The position numbers were made by a program, and so were the translations under genes. This document shows, piece after piece, positions 42,307 through 51,508 of a DNA stretch of 55,270 nucleotides (position 1 is its first letter; every line of letters begins with the position of its first letter). This stretch comes from a virus (Duplodnaviria > Caudoviricetes), in IMG/VR virus record IMGVR_UViG_3300017956_000015, positions 1 through 55,270 of that record. One strand, written 5' to 3'. Under the pieces are notes generated by a model. That model had not been told where the DNA came from. It worked only from the letters and a program-made list of their open reading frames with translations, and made no database searches.

Positions 42307-43627
42307 ACCTAGCGAAGGCAATAAAACTTTCTGTATGGCGCCTTGGACACACACCTACCTTTCGCCACAGATGGAACGCAGGTTGTGTTGTAGTTCAAGG
42401 GAATCCGCAGAAAACTTCAAGCAATACATAGACACAATAGATCCAAAGGGACACAATGACAAGTTGAACCTCACCACTCTGGACGAGCACTGGAACTCCG
42501 AGTACATGAAGGCAGTGAGGTTAAAACTGATGGCAGGTGAGGAGATACCCCAGTGTGCTGTTTGCAATCACAAGTTACTGAATGAACAGGTTTACAGGCA
42601 ACATTTCAATTGGCTATACAAGGATCAAGTGCAACAGGCATATGACAGCACTGATGAGACAGGTGCAACCACAATGAAGGTGCAGAGTTTCGACTACAGG
42701 TTCTCTAACCTTTGCAACTTCAGTTGTAGGATGTGTGGAGACATGTTGTCCAGCACCTGGGAGACAGAGAACAAGAAACATGGCAAGGGCGACTATGAGA
42801 ATTACCGTATATGGGGTAGGAAGGACATCAAGGCGCAGTTAGAGAAGTTCCATGATCAGCAGGTGGTACGGGAATTCACTGAGGCGGTAGAGGACAAAAG
42901 GATAACCGAACTTTACTGGTGCGGTGGTGAGCCACTGATGTGGAAGATACACTGGGAGGCCATGAAGCGTATCGTTGAACTGGGTTACCAGCATCAGGTA
43001 CTGGCCAGGTACAACTCAAACATGAGTCGTATAAATTTTTTCAATCTAAACCTGTTCGATGACATCCTAAGTCATTTTCCAAATTGGCAAATATGTGCTT
43101 CGATAGATGGCACGGGAGAAATAGGGGAGTACATCAGGACGGGATTGAAATATGAAGAATGGCTCGCTAATATGAAGTACGCCACTAGGTTTGCGGATGG
43201 CGGACGCAGGCGCATACAACTTGATCTCACGATCACACTGCCTGGCCTGTTTGATCTAGAGAACATGGTTGCCTTAAGCAATGACCTAGGCATAGAATTA
43301 CTGACGAAGCAGGTTTTCAATTTCTCACACGACAACGCTATGGCACCTCTGTTTATGCCATACGACATTATGAGCGAGATCATTGACGACGTAAGGGACA
43401 AGACACTGAAATATAAAAACAAGAACCTCAACAACTTCTTTGGACAACTGGACGAGATGCAAAGACAGAAACGCAACAACGAATTAGTCTATGAAACGGA
43501 GAAACATAAACAAGGACAAAAGGACGGTAAAGCAGAAATTGAAAGGCTAGATAGAATACGTGGCACTGACATAACAAAGATACTGTCCAAAAACAAGAAA
43601 GCATTGGAATGGTGGAAAAGTATTTAA
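42290..43627 (+). CDS. radical SAM enzyme with N-terminal SPASM/twitch-like domain (4 of 5)
   Basis: CNFSCRMC, GGEP, SIDG; N-terminal FCMAPW...LCC...QCAVC. Confidence 0.9.
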   Translation: MKNRIRPSEGNKTFCMAPWTHTYLSPQMERRLCCSSRESAENFKQYIDTIDPKGHNDKLNLTTLDEHWNSEYMKAVRLKLMAGEEIPQCAVCNHKLLNEQVYRQHFNWLYKDQVQQAYDSTDETGATTMKVQSFDYRFSNLCNFSCRMCGDMLSSTWETENKKHGKGDYENYRIWGRKDIKAQLEKFHDQQVVREFTEAVEDKRITELYWCGGEPLMWKIHWEAMKRIVELGYQHQVLARYNSNMSRINFFNLNLFDDILSHFPNWQICASIDGTGEIGEYIRTGLKYEEWLANMKYATRFADGGRRRIQLDLTITLPGLFDLENMVALSNDLGIELLTKQVFNFSHDNAMAPLFMPYDIMSEIIDDVRDKTLKYKNKNLNNFFGQLDEMQRQKRNNELVYETEKHKQGQKDGKAEIERLDRIRGTDITKILSKNKKALEWWKSI

Positions 43628-44811
43628 AATCTAATATGTGTATGATACCATGGACCAGTCTAGAGACAAGACCGGGTGGCGAATACAAGCCTTGCTGTAT
43701 GTACAGGGAGGACTTGAAGGACAGTGCTGGTGTGCCTTTCAACACGAGAAAACATTCCATCACAGAAGTGATGCAGTCAAAGGCAATGGAGGACCTCAGA
43801 GAGTCTTTCAAGCGAGGAGAAAGACCCGCTGGCTGTGAAAGTTGTTGGAAAGAGGAGGACGGTGGGAAGACGTCTAAGAGGCAACATATGTGGTACAAGG
43901 CTCCACACCTTGGACAGATGCACATAGCACAAGACACCGTCGAGCCGAGATTCGTTGACCTTAAACTAGGAAACATATGCAATCTGAAATGTAGGATCTG
44001 TTCGCCTCATTCCAGTTCGCAGTGGGTCAATGACATGATCAAGATAGATCCAACGGGCAAGGACAAATGGAAGGAGTACAACACAAAGGGACTATGGCCA
44101 CGTGAGGAGAACGTGTTCATGAAGGATTTGGAGAACCACATAGAACAGATACGTTTTTTTGAGATAACTGGTGGTGAACCCCTAATGATTCAACAGCAAT
44201 TTGATGTCCTTCAAAAATGCGTTGACAAGGGAGTGGCTAAAAACATAGAGATACACTACAACACCAACGGAACACAGTTTCCAGAACAAGCAATAAGAGA
44301 TATCTGGCCACACTTCAAAAGGCTAGAGATAGCATTTAGCATAGACGATACGGAATCTCGATTTGAGTACCAGAGGCATCCTGCCAAATGGCATGAAGTG
44401 AATGATAACATCAACAAGTTCAAACAGGCGGGACTATCAAACTTTTCAATGCAGATCTGTACCACTATCAATTTTTTCAATGTTGCTCATGTTGACGAAC
44501 TTGCTCACCAAGTGAAAGAATGGAATCCAGATTTTTGGTACATCAATATACTGCATCATCCAGTTGAGTTTGACAGCCAACAGATACCTATCGCGATAAA
44601 GCAACAAATAGCCAACAAATTATCAAAATCCAAGATATACAAGAAGGAGATACAGACTGCTATAGATTACATGATGCAAGAACCTGCATACAAGATAAAT
44701 GATTGGCATTCAAAAGTCCAGGAAAAAATTATGCAGATAGATTCTGTCAGGAAAGAAAATTTCAAACAAACATTTCCATTTTTAAATAGTATGGTTGGAG
44801 TATATGACTAA
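43609..44811 (+). CDS. radical SAM enzyme with N-terminal SPASM/twitch-like domain (5 of 5)
   Basis: CNLKCRIC, TGGEP, YNTNG; N-terminal MCMIPW...PCC...GCESC. Confidence 0.9.
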   Translation: MVEKYLKSNMCMIPWTSLETRPGGEYKPCCMYREDLKDSAGVPFNTRKHSITEVMQSKAMEDLRESFKRGERPAGCESCWKEEDGGKTSKRQHMWYKAPHLGQMHIAQDTVEPRFVDLKLGNICNLKCRICSPHSSSQWVNDMIKIDPTGKDKWKEYNTKGLWPREENVFMKDLENHIEQIRFFEITGGEPLMIQQQFDVLQKCVDKGVAKNIEIHYNTNGTQFPEQAIRDIWPHFKRLEIAFSIDDTESRFEYQRHPAKWHEVNDNINKFKQAGLSNFSMQICTTINFFNVAHVDELAHQVKEWNPDFWYINILHHPVEFDSQQIPIAIKQQIANKLSKSKIYKKEIQTAIDYMMQEPAYKINDWHSKVQEKIMQIDSVRKENFKQTFPFLNSMVGVYD

Positions 44812-45607
44812 GAAATTTATAGCAGGTGGGTGCAGTTTCACCTTTGGACACGAACTCAGTGACGACGACAAGGGCAAAACGCCAAGCAAGAAGTCATGGG
44901 CTCATCTCCTTAGGGAGCATACTACATGGGAGTACGTTTGTGCCGCCAGGGCAGGATCAGGCAACAGCGGTATTGCTCGTAGGGTATTCAATGCTGTGTC
45001 ATCTTTTGAGACGGACCAGATCGGCGGAGTGGTGGTCATGTGGAGTTTCTTGTCTCGCTATGACTGGGCTATGCCAAGGCACAGGGAACTGGAGGGCACC
45101 AGGTGGGCCAGCATATCACCTTGGGACACAGAGACCGGTAACGAGGAGGCATTCAGGCACCTGGCCGGTTCAGAGGGACAACAGGAACAATGGAAGGCAC
45201 GCAGGGAGACATTCAAAGAGACCGGGGTCAAAGATTTTGCCGAGGCCATATACCGATACGGCGCAAACCAGTACCACGAGACATACCTCAGTTGGAAGAG
45301 CATCATCTGGTTGCAGAACATTTTGGAAAAGAAAAACATTCCTTATATGTTCACACTTGCAGACAACACCTTGTTTTACCAAGAGTTCACCCATCACAAG
45401 GACCAGGATGCTTTCATGCAGGCACTGTATTCAGAGATTGATTTTACCAAGTGGTACAGTTTTGGTGAGAGAGATATGGGGTTCAACCAATGGGCAATTA
45501 TGAATGACTATGAACGTGGCACTACACATCCACTAGACAAAGCACACAAAGATGCTACAATGTTAATGTTACCAACTTTTAGAAAACTTATAGGAGACAA
45601 GAAATGA
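44804..45607 (+). CDS. SGNH-hydrolase-like protein
   Basis: AGGCSFTFG (GxS), SW, A..GSGN..I.R, VVVMWS...R, C-terminal THP...AH; ATG at 44804 after GGAG. Confidence 0.6.
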   Translation: MTKKFIAGGCSFTFGHELSDDDKGKTPSKKSWAHLLREHTTWEYVCAARAGSGNSGIARRVFNAVSSFETDQIGGVVVMWSFLSRYDWAMPRHRELEGTRWASISPWDTETGNEEAFRHLAGSEGQQEQWKARRETFKETGVKDFAEAIYRYGANQYHETYLSWKSIIWLQNILEKKNIPYMFTLADNTLFYQEFTHHKDQDAFMQALYSEIDFTKWYSFGERDMGFNQWAIMNDYERGTTHPLDKAHKDATMLMLPTFRKLIGDKK

Positions 45608-45708
45608 TCAAATGGTTTAAAAGCATATGGAACAAGATCAAGGAAGAGATCAAGTACAGGAAGAGACTTAAAGAATTAAAGAAGAAAGACCCGTTTATCT
45701 ACAAGTAA
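45604..45708 (+). CDS. 34-aa basic microprotein MIKWFKSIWNKIKEEIKYRKRLKELKKKDPFIYK (not in the ORF track)
   Basis: ATGA overlap with the upstream stop, AGGAG RBS, fills the gap exactly up to the next ATG at 45710. Confidence 0.72.
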   Translation: MIKWFKSIWNKIKEEIKYRKRLKELKKKDPFIYK

Positions 45709-45709
45709 A

Positions 45710-46354
45710 ATGGAAATACTTAACAAAGACAAACTTGTACAGAAACTAGAAGAATGGAAAGGACATCCTTCTATACAGAATCTGATGGATAAATTCAGCA
45801 AGTTGCAGTCATACACCAAACAACAGATCAAGGAATCCAAATACGAACTTGTGGAGATGCCATACATAGACTGCTCAGAAGATCCAGTCAGGCCAGAACT
45901 GGACCTTGCATTCAGGCAGACATACGGAAGGAAAGTATACGGACTCAAGGACGACGTCGGAGATATAGCGGCAATAATCTGTTTCGCTTTCACAGACGAA
46001 GTGCCAAAGACAATAGAGGAAATGGATCAGATGAGTTATGACGCGGCACTCAAAGCGGTGCACAGGGCAGGAGTACAAGGTTCCATAGCGATAGCGTACA
46101 CAGTATGGGCAAAGAAGAAAGGCGGTGGACGAGCCATAGTGAACGAGGTTTACAAGATGGTCAAGAATTCAAATCATCTTAACAGGTTGGTTACACTTTC
46201 TCCACTCACAGACATGGCTAGGAATTTCCACACAAAGAACGGTGCAAAGGAACTGCAAGTGAACGAGACCACACAAAATTTTGAATACGACATCACGTTG
46301 GAGGAATGGGAAACTGCCTTAGAAAAAGCAAAAGGTTTCTTTAGAATAAAATGA
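45710..46354 (+). CDS. hypothetical protein, possibly GNAT-like fold
   Basis: IAYTVW...KGGGR.IV...LVTLSP...A..FH.KNGA resembles acetyl-CoA-binding GNAT motifs A/B. Confidence 0.5.
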   Translation: MEILNKDKLVQKLEEWKGHPSIQNLMDKFSKLQSYTKQQIKESKYELVEMPYIDCSEDPVRPELDLAFRQTYGRKVYGLKDDVGDIAAIICFAFTDEVPKTIEEMDQMSYDAALKAVHRAGVQGSIAIAYTVWAKKKGGGRAIVNEVYKMVKNSNHLNRLVTLSPLTDMARNFHTKNGAKELQVNETTQNFEYDITLEEWETALEKAKGFFRIK

Positions 46355-46518
46355 CCTGGTGGAACTGGTACTGTTATAGGTGCAAGTGGAAGGGTGTGGC
46401 CAATGAACTCGACAAAGACGATTCGGCAAATGAATGGTACGTCTGTCCAACGTGTAGCAGTGACGACATAGAAGACATGGGTTGGCACGAGGAGCAAGAT
46501 GAGAATACTGGGAATTAA
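46351..46518 (+). CDS. 55-aa zinc-ribbon microprotein (not in the ORF track)
   Basis: Translates as MTWWNWYCYRCKWKGVANELDKDDSANEWYVCPTCSSDDIEDMGWHEEQDENTGN; CxxC...CPxC; ATGA coupling to the upstream gene. Confidence 0.7.
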   Translation: MTWWNWYCYRCKWKGVANELDKDDSANEWYVCPTCSSDDIEDMGWHEEQDENTGN

Positions 46519-47965
46519 TTGTATGAACCACGATGCCGCAATGGCAGTGGTTGAATACAAGGAGGATAAAGGCAAAATACTCTGGGCCGCACACTCGGAG
46601 AGATATTCCAAAGTCAAAAACGATCACTATTTGAATTGGGCGATTGTCAACGAGGCCAACACTTATGGTCCTTTCGACAAAGTGGTATATTACGAGAAGC
46701 CTTGGCTCAAGAAAACCAGGCAGTTATACGCAGGGCAGTACAGCGATGCCTTGAGTTACACGGAACTGCCTCAGTGGCACCTGGATCACTTCAACATTAA
46801 GATAGACGAGTATGTAAGACACCATGACTCACACGCGGCCGCGGGATACTTCACATCACCTTTCAGTGAAGCAACAATCCTCACAGTGGATGCCATAGGA
46901 GAATGGGATACGGTGTCAATATCAACCGCATTGAACAGGACGATCACAAGGCGTGAAACTATAAAGTATCCACACAGCCTGGGAATACTATATTCTGCAT
47001 TCACACACAGGTGTGGTCTCAAACCCGCCGAAGAGGAATACATCCTAATGGGCATGGCCGCATACGGCACTCCAAAATACAAGGATGACATCTACAACGA
47101 CTTTGTTGAACAATCACCTTTTAGACTCAAACAAAATTTGCACAGAGGACTGGGAGATTGGCATCCAGAGGCGGACGTGATGGACATTGCCGCCAGCATA
47201 CAGGCAGTGACTGAAGAGTGTCTTGCCAATCTGTGGCATAGGGCCAGCAAGTACGCATCAAGAAATCTTGTCTATGCGGGAGGAGTTGCGTTAAACTGTG
47301 CCGCCAATAGGGTGTTGGCCAATTTGGGATTGTTTGATAACGTATGGATCATACCTAACCCCGGTGATGCTGGATCAAGTGTGGGTTGCATTGCCGCACA
47401 CGAAAAGAAATTTATAGAATGGGAGAATCCATTCCTTGGACACAACATAGATGGTGAGTATCCTGTGGACAGTTTGATAAAGGAATTGAAGGAGAACAAG
47501 ATGGTTGGCGTGGCAAGTGGACGGGCAGAGTTTGGTCCTAGGGCACTTGGTAATAGATCACTACTGGCAGACCCGAGGGGTGAGGACATCAAGGATCTGG
47601 TAAACTCAATCAAGAAAAGGCAGAAGTTTAGACCATTCGCTCCTGCCATATTAGAAGAGGATGTAAACGACTATTTTGAACTGCCTAAAGGCGTCAAAAA
47701 CACCCCTTATATGCAATATACAGCGGCGTGTACTGCTGGTAAAGACTTTCCTGCCATAGTACACTACGATAACACTTCTAGGGTTCAAACCGTGCGAAAA
47801 ACGGACAATCCAGGGTTCCACGCACTGCTCACGGAATGGAAGAAACAGACCGGTTGCCCAATACTACTAAACACCAGTCTCAACATAAAGGGACAGCCAA
47901 TAGTCAACGACAGGGCGGATGGTAAAGCATTCACAAACAAATACGGAGTAAAGGTACTAGGATGA
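46499..47965 (+). CDS. O-carbamoyltransferase (NodU/CmcH/TobZ family)
   Basis: ILGI...HDAA, ERYS..K, HH.SHAA, DAIGE, SLG..Y, MG.AAYG, AGGVALNC, GDAG, G.AEFGPRALG.RS, K.R..FRPFAP, SRVQTV, LLNTS.N..GQP. Confidence 0.95.
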   Translation: MRILGINCMNHDAAMAVVEYKEDKGKILWAAHSERYSKVKNDHYLNWAIVNEANTYGPFDKVVYYEKPWLKKTRQLYAGQYSDALSYTELPQWHLDHFNIKIDEYVRHHDSHAAAGYFTSPFSEATILTVDAIGEWDTVSISTALNRTITRRETIKYPHSLGILYSAFTHRCGLKPAEEEYILMGMAAYGTPKYKDDIYNDFVEQSPFRLKQNLHRGLGDWHPEADVMDIAASIQAVTEECLANLWHRASKYASRNLVYAGGVALNCAANRVLANLGLFDNVWIIPNPGDAGSSVGCIAAHEKKFIEWENPFLGHNIDGEYPVDSLIKELKENKMVGVASGRAEFGPRALGNRSLLADPRGEDIKDLVNSIKKRQKFRPFAPAILEEDVNDYFELPKGVKNTPYMQYTAACTAGKDFPAIVHYDNTSRVQTVRKTDNPGFHALLTEWKKQTGCPILLNTSLNIKGQPIVNDRADGKAFTNKYGVKVLG

Positions 47966-48144
47966 GATACGTATTAATTTTTTTGTTCTTGGTGGGTTGT
48001 GGATTTAAGCCACACTATAATTGCATTCCTTCATCTGAAAAGATAGACGGGATAGAACAAAAAAAGACAGCAAGGCAAGAAGTATTAGACAAAGTAAAAA
48101 ATTGCATCGAGCAACCTATAATGGGTGTCTCCAAGGAGTTCTAA
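47962..48144 (+). CDS. small lipoprotein
   Basis: MRYVLIFLFLVG-C: signal peptide II with lipobox; 60 aa; coupled to both neighbours. Confidence 0.7.
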   Translation: MRYVLIFLFLVGCGFKPHYNCIPSSEKIDGIEQKKTARQEVLDKVKNCIEQPIMGVSKEF

Positions 48145-49226
48145 TGATCAAGTTTAGTGGAGTAGACAGGATATACGATTCATACAGTTGGAGGATAACT
48201 CGCAGGGCCAAAGAAGTTTGGCGTTCAGGAAACGTGATAAGCAGTAGGCACGTAGAGGGTTCGTTCCTTGACAAGTTTGAGACAGCAGTGGCAAAGTTTG
48301 CCAAGAGAAAATACGGCGTGGCAGTAGGCAGTGGTACAGATGCTTTGTACTTTGCCTTGAAGGCAAAAGGCATAGGACCAGAGAGCACTGTGTTGTGTCC
48401 TGCCATAAGTTATCTGGCCACAGCAGAAGCAATCAAACGTACCGGGGCAACAGTGCATTTCGTTGACGTGGACAATAAAGGACTAATATCAAAGTTGCCA
48501 GACTTTGGATTGCCCGATGCTGTGGTGTACGTTAACCTTTTTGGCAACCTGGCAGATTATGCCACGCTCAAGGAGTATTGTGTCAAAAGGAGAATACCCC
48601 TGATAGAGGACGCCGCACAGAGTTTTGGAAGTTACTACAATAATGTGCCAAGTGGAAAACTCGGTGACATAAGCACACTCAGTTTTGCACCAAGCAAACC
48701 ACTTCCATGTTTTGGAAACGGAGGTATGGTGCTGACCGACAGTGAAGATGAAGCCAACACTATCAGAGGTATGAGATATCATTCGGTAGGTACAGCAAAA
48801 TTAGATTACGGATACAATTCCTGTCTCAGCAATGATCATGCAAATGTTTTAAATTTTCTTTTGTCAAAATACAACAGTCTTCTGGGCAAGACAAAGAAAG
48901 TTAGATACTGGTACGAAACCAAGTTATTAGACCTAGGTATAAGTTCAATACAGACTAGAACTGGAACTGTTTCAAACAACCACAAGTTAGTTGTAAAGGT
49001 ACAGGACAGAGACGGATTAAGGAAATTTTTAGAGACCAAAGGTGTACAGACTCAGGTACATTACCTACAGCCTATGTCTAAAATGAAGATGTTCGACACA
49101 GGACAAGAAATGCCAAATGCTGAGAAATTCTGTATGGATGTGTTATCCCTACCAATTCATCCCTTCTTGAAAAAAGCCGAAGTGCTTTATGTTTGTAGAT
49201 GCATTGGAGAATACTATGGCATTTGA
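48144..49226 (+). CDS. DegT/DnrJ/EryC1/StrS family PLP-dependent nucleotide-sugar aminotransferase
   Basis: SGTDAL..AL, V.LFG, IEDAAQSFG, SF.PSK.L..FG.GG, GYNS, HY..P, LSLP.HP; ATG at 48144 after AAGGAG. Confidence 0.92.
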   Translation: MIKFSGVDRIYDSYSWRITRRAKEVWRSGNVISSRHVEGSFLDKFETAVAKFAKRKYGVAVGSGTDALYFALKAKGIGPESTVLCPAISYLATAEAIKRTGATVHFVDVDNKGLISKLPDFGLPDAVVYVNLFGNLADYATLKEYCVKRRIPLIEDAAQSFGSYYNNVPSGKLGDISTLSFAPSKPLPCFGNGGMVLTDSEDEANTIRGMRYHSVGTAKLDYGYNSCLSNDHANVLNFLLSKYNSLLGKTKKVRYWYETKLLDLGISSIQTRTGTVSNNHKLVVKVQDRDGLRKFLETKGVQTQVHYLQPMSKMKMFDTGQEMPNAEKFCMDVLSLPIHPFLKKAEVLYVCRCIGEYYGI

Positions 49227-50541
49227 TTGCTTCATAATAGATTTTAAAAATTCAGAGAGTAAAATAAACATAGACAAACTTTCTGGTGTTTTCCCACACG
49301 CAAGAGTTATACCATTCGTTGGAAGTTACTTGCAAATTGTGAGATCTGTCTTGAAGGAGTCACGCACACAACACACATGGATGTTGAGTTCAAAAATAGA
49401 TTACAGTAATTTTGATTTTGATTATATCCCAGAACAGCACCAGGCCTCACAACTGCACGTGTGGAACATCCAAGGGCAAAAAGAGGGAGACACTTTCCTT
49501 TTCCCACAAAATTTCTTGGACCAGGATGTAAAGTACCTGCGGGACTACAAGGATGTGAACTATCATTCATATGATGTTGAGTACGATTTTGATTTTTTAG
49601 ATATACAATACAATCTGCGTGATGTGATAGACAGCCTACCGAAACACAGTGTTCCTAACTGTGCCTACATAAAATATTTAGAATACCCTGATGCAAAAAC
49701 TATCTATCCTTCTTACTGGGATGATCTCAAGGTGTACATAGATGATACCACTTTTTACATACCCGGCAAGGCACTGGACAGCATCAAGACGCAGGTTTAT
49801 GACTATCCTCTGCTTTACACTTTGTCTGATAAAAAACAAAAGGATTGCTTTGACATCGCTTTCATTTCAAACGGAGAACCTTTTGAACAGCATAATTTTG
49901 ATAGGTTGCAGAAGCACATCAAAGAAAAGAATCTAAAAAATCAACTGCATTGGATACGTAATGTTGACGGCAGGACCAAGGCATACAAGAAAGCGGCTGA
50001 AACAGTGTCCACTGAATATTTCTATGCCGTGTTCGCAAAGAGCATGGTACGTGAAGATTTCTTGTTTGACTACACTGTTGACAGAGGACTGTCCAGGAGG
50101 CACAGGATATTCCACGCAAGATTGAATGAACTAGATCTTGAGTACGGAACTTTCAACATCAATCTTTACAGTAGGTCACTTTGCCTCGAGACACCAGATG
50201 ACAACATATTGGATTTCACTCTTTCTCAGCCTCACCAGGTGGTAGGAATTGTTGCAAGTGAATCTTTGTTGGCTCCTGATCCCTACACAGCGTGGAAGAA
50301 TGCGTTCAGAGAAGTGTCCAAACTAGTGTTGTGGCAGAGCAAACGACCAACTGTTGAGACACGTCATAGGCTGAATAGATGGCTTGCCACAGAGAACGAA
50401 TGGTTGGCCAAGGGTGCCCACGATGGCAAAAGTTTTACAGAAGAATGTGAGTTCGATGAAGAAAAAATTCTAAGGACTTATCTTTGGGATTTCTGTAGAG
50501 AAAGGTTTAAATCGTTGTACCCAACGGAAACTTTTTATTAA
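49216..50541 (+). CDS. glycosyltransferase-like protein (C-terminal half related to 37345..38244)
   Basis: DIAFISNGEP...N, V.GR..AY..AA, L.YG, AW..AFREV.KL, GA.DG; the canonical DXD is not evident. Confidence 0.55.
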   Translation: MAFDCFIIDFKNSESKINIDKLSGVFPHARVIPFVGSYLQIVRSVLKESRTQHTWMLSSKIDYSNFDFDYIPEQHQASQLHVWNIQGQKEGDTFLFPQNFLDQDVKYLRDYKDVNYHSYDVEYDFDFLDIQYNLRDVIDSLPKHSVPNCAYIKYLEYPDAKTIYPSYWDDLKVYIDDTTFYIPGKALDSIKTQVYDYPLLYTLSDKKQKDCFDIAFISNGEPFEQHNFDRLQKHIKEKNLKNQLHWIRNVDGRTKAYKKAAETVSTEYFYAVFAKSMVREDFLFDYTVDRGLSRRHRIFHARLNELDLEYGTFNINLYSRSLCLETPDDNILDFTLSQPHQVVGIVASESLLAPDPYTAWKNAFREVSKLVLWQSKRPTVETRHRLNRWLATENEWLAKGAHDGKSFTEECEFDEEKILRTYLWDFCRERFKSLYPTETFY

Positions 50542-51508
50542 TATCTAGATTATCAAAGTAGAATTGTTGTTTTAGGAACCAATTGATGTAATTGGGTATT
50601 CCTTCCTCGATATCTATAGTTGGGTTGAAGTTCAGCATTGTTTTTGCCTTGTCGCTGTTTAGAGTATCTCTGTTTGGATAGAAGTCATCGTGAGGTTTAG
50701 TTATTATGTTTCCAGTTCCTAACTTGGACTTTATTATCTCGGCCGCCTCTAATATTTTCCTACCATTACCCCTTGTGCAGTTGAAAGTTTCGTTTATCAC
50801 TTCATTAGTTGCCGCCAACGAAAAATACTTTGCAACATCTAAAACATTGGAAAAATCCAACTTGTTGTCTGGTCCTTGCACGGTCATGTCACCGGTTGTC
50901 AAAGCACCTTTAAGCAGTTGACTTATCACACGAGTGATAGTATCCTTCTCTCCGTACAATGCGGATGGCCTCATTATAACATAATTTAGATCTTTTTCCC
51001 TGTGCCATATCTTGCACATTATTTCTCCCTGTCTCTTGTAAGATCCATAGAGTGTGTTGGGTTTTGGTACAACATTCTCGTCTGGTATCTGATTATTGAA
51101 TTCGCCATAAACCATACTGCTTGATGCGTACACTATCTTTTCTACCTTGTGTTTCACACACAGGTCAAGCACGTAGGCTGTTGCAGTTACCATGTTATTT
51201 GTTGCGTCTAACACGTTCCTTTTGACCATTCTTGCGTTAGGATATGTGGCCACGTGTATCACTCTGTCTGGTTTGAAGTCTTCGAATGTTTGTTCCATGA
51301 ACTGTAAATTTTCTATCTGCCCGATATACTCTTTGTCGGTCTGTGTGATTGCTTTACGTTGGACAAGCACAGGGTAGTATTCCCAATCAGGAAAGGTGTA
51401 GTATTGATGGAAACAGTCAACTATGCCAACTGTATGTCCTTCTGATTTCAGTTGTTGGCAGATGTGACTGCCTATAAATCCATATCCGCCTAATACTAAA
51501 ATTCTCAT
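50507..51508 (-). CDS. NAD-dependent epimerase/dehydratase (extended SDR, nucleotide-sugar)
   Basis: LGGYGFIGS, YASSS.VYG, YGSYK (YxxxK), R...YG. Confidence 0.93.
   Translation of the reverse strand: MRILVLGGYGFIGSHICQQLKSEGHTVGIVDCFHQYYTFPDWEYYPVLVQRKAITQTDKEYIGQIENLQFMEQTFEDFKPDRVIHVATYPNARMVKRNVLDATNNMVTATAYVLDLCVKHKVEKIVYASSSMVYGEFNNQIPDENVVPKPNTLYGSYKRQGEIMCKIWHREKDLNYVIMRPSALYGEKDTITRVISQLLKGALTTGDMTVQGPDNKLDFSNVLDVAKYFSLAATNEVINETFNCTRGNGRKILEAAEIIKSKLGTGNIITKPHDDFYPNRDTLNSDKAKTMLNFNPTIDIEEGIPNYINWFLKQQFYFDNLDINKKFPLGTTI

Noticed and set aside
44826-45503. 225-aa alternative-frame plus-strand ORF
   Set aside because: Nested in the SGNH-like gene in a locally GC-rich stretch; Arg/Ser/Gly-rich composition typical of off-frame translation.
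46351-46380. WNW motif resembling the darobactin core near radical SAM genes
   Set aside because: It lies at the extreme N-terminus with no leader peptide and directly precedes a CxxC knuckle; better explained as part of a zinc ribbon.
459-50119. Numerous 60-220 aa minus-strand ORFs opposite the plus-strand genes (e.g. 4624..5232, 32943..33605, 38327..38926)
   Set aside because: They are antisense shadows fully inside well-supported genes, explained by codon bias, with no motifs.
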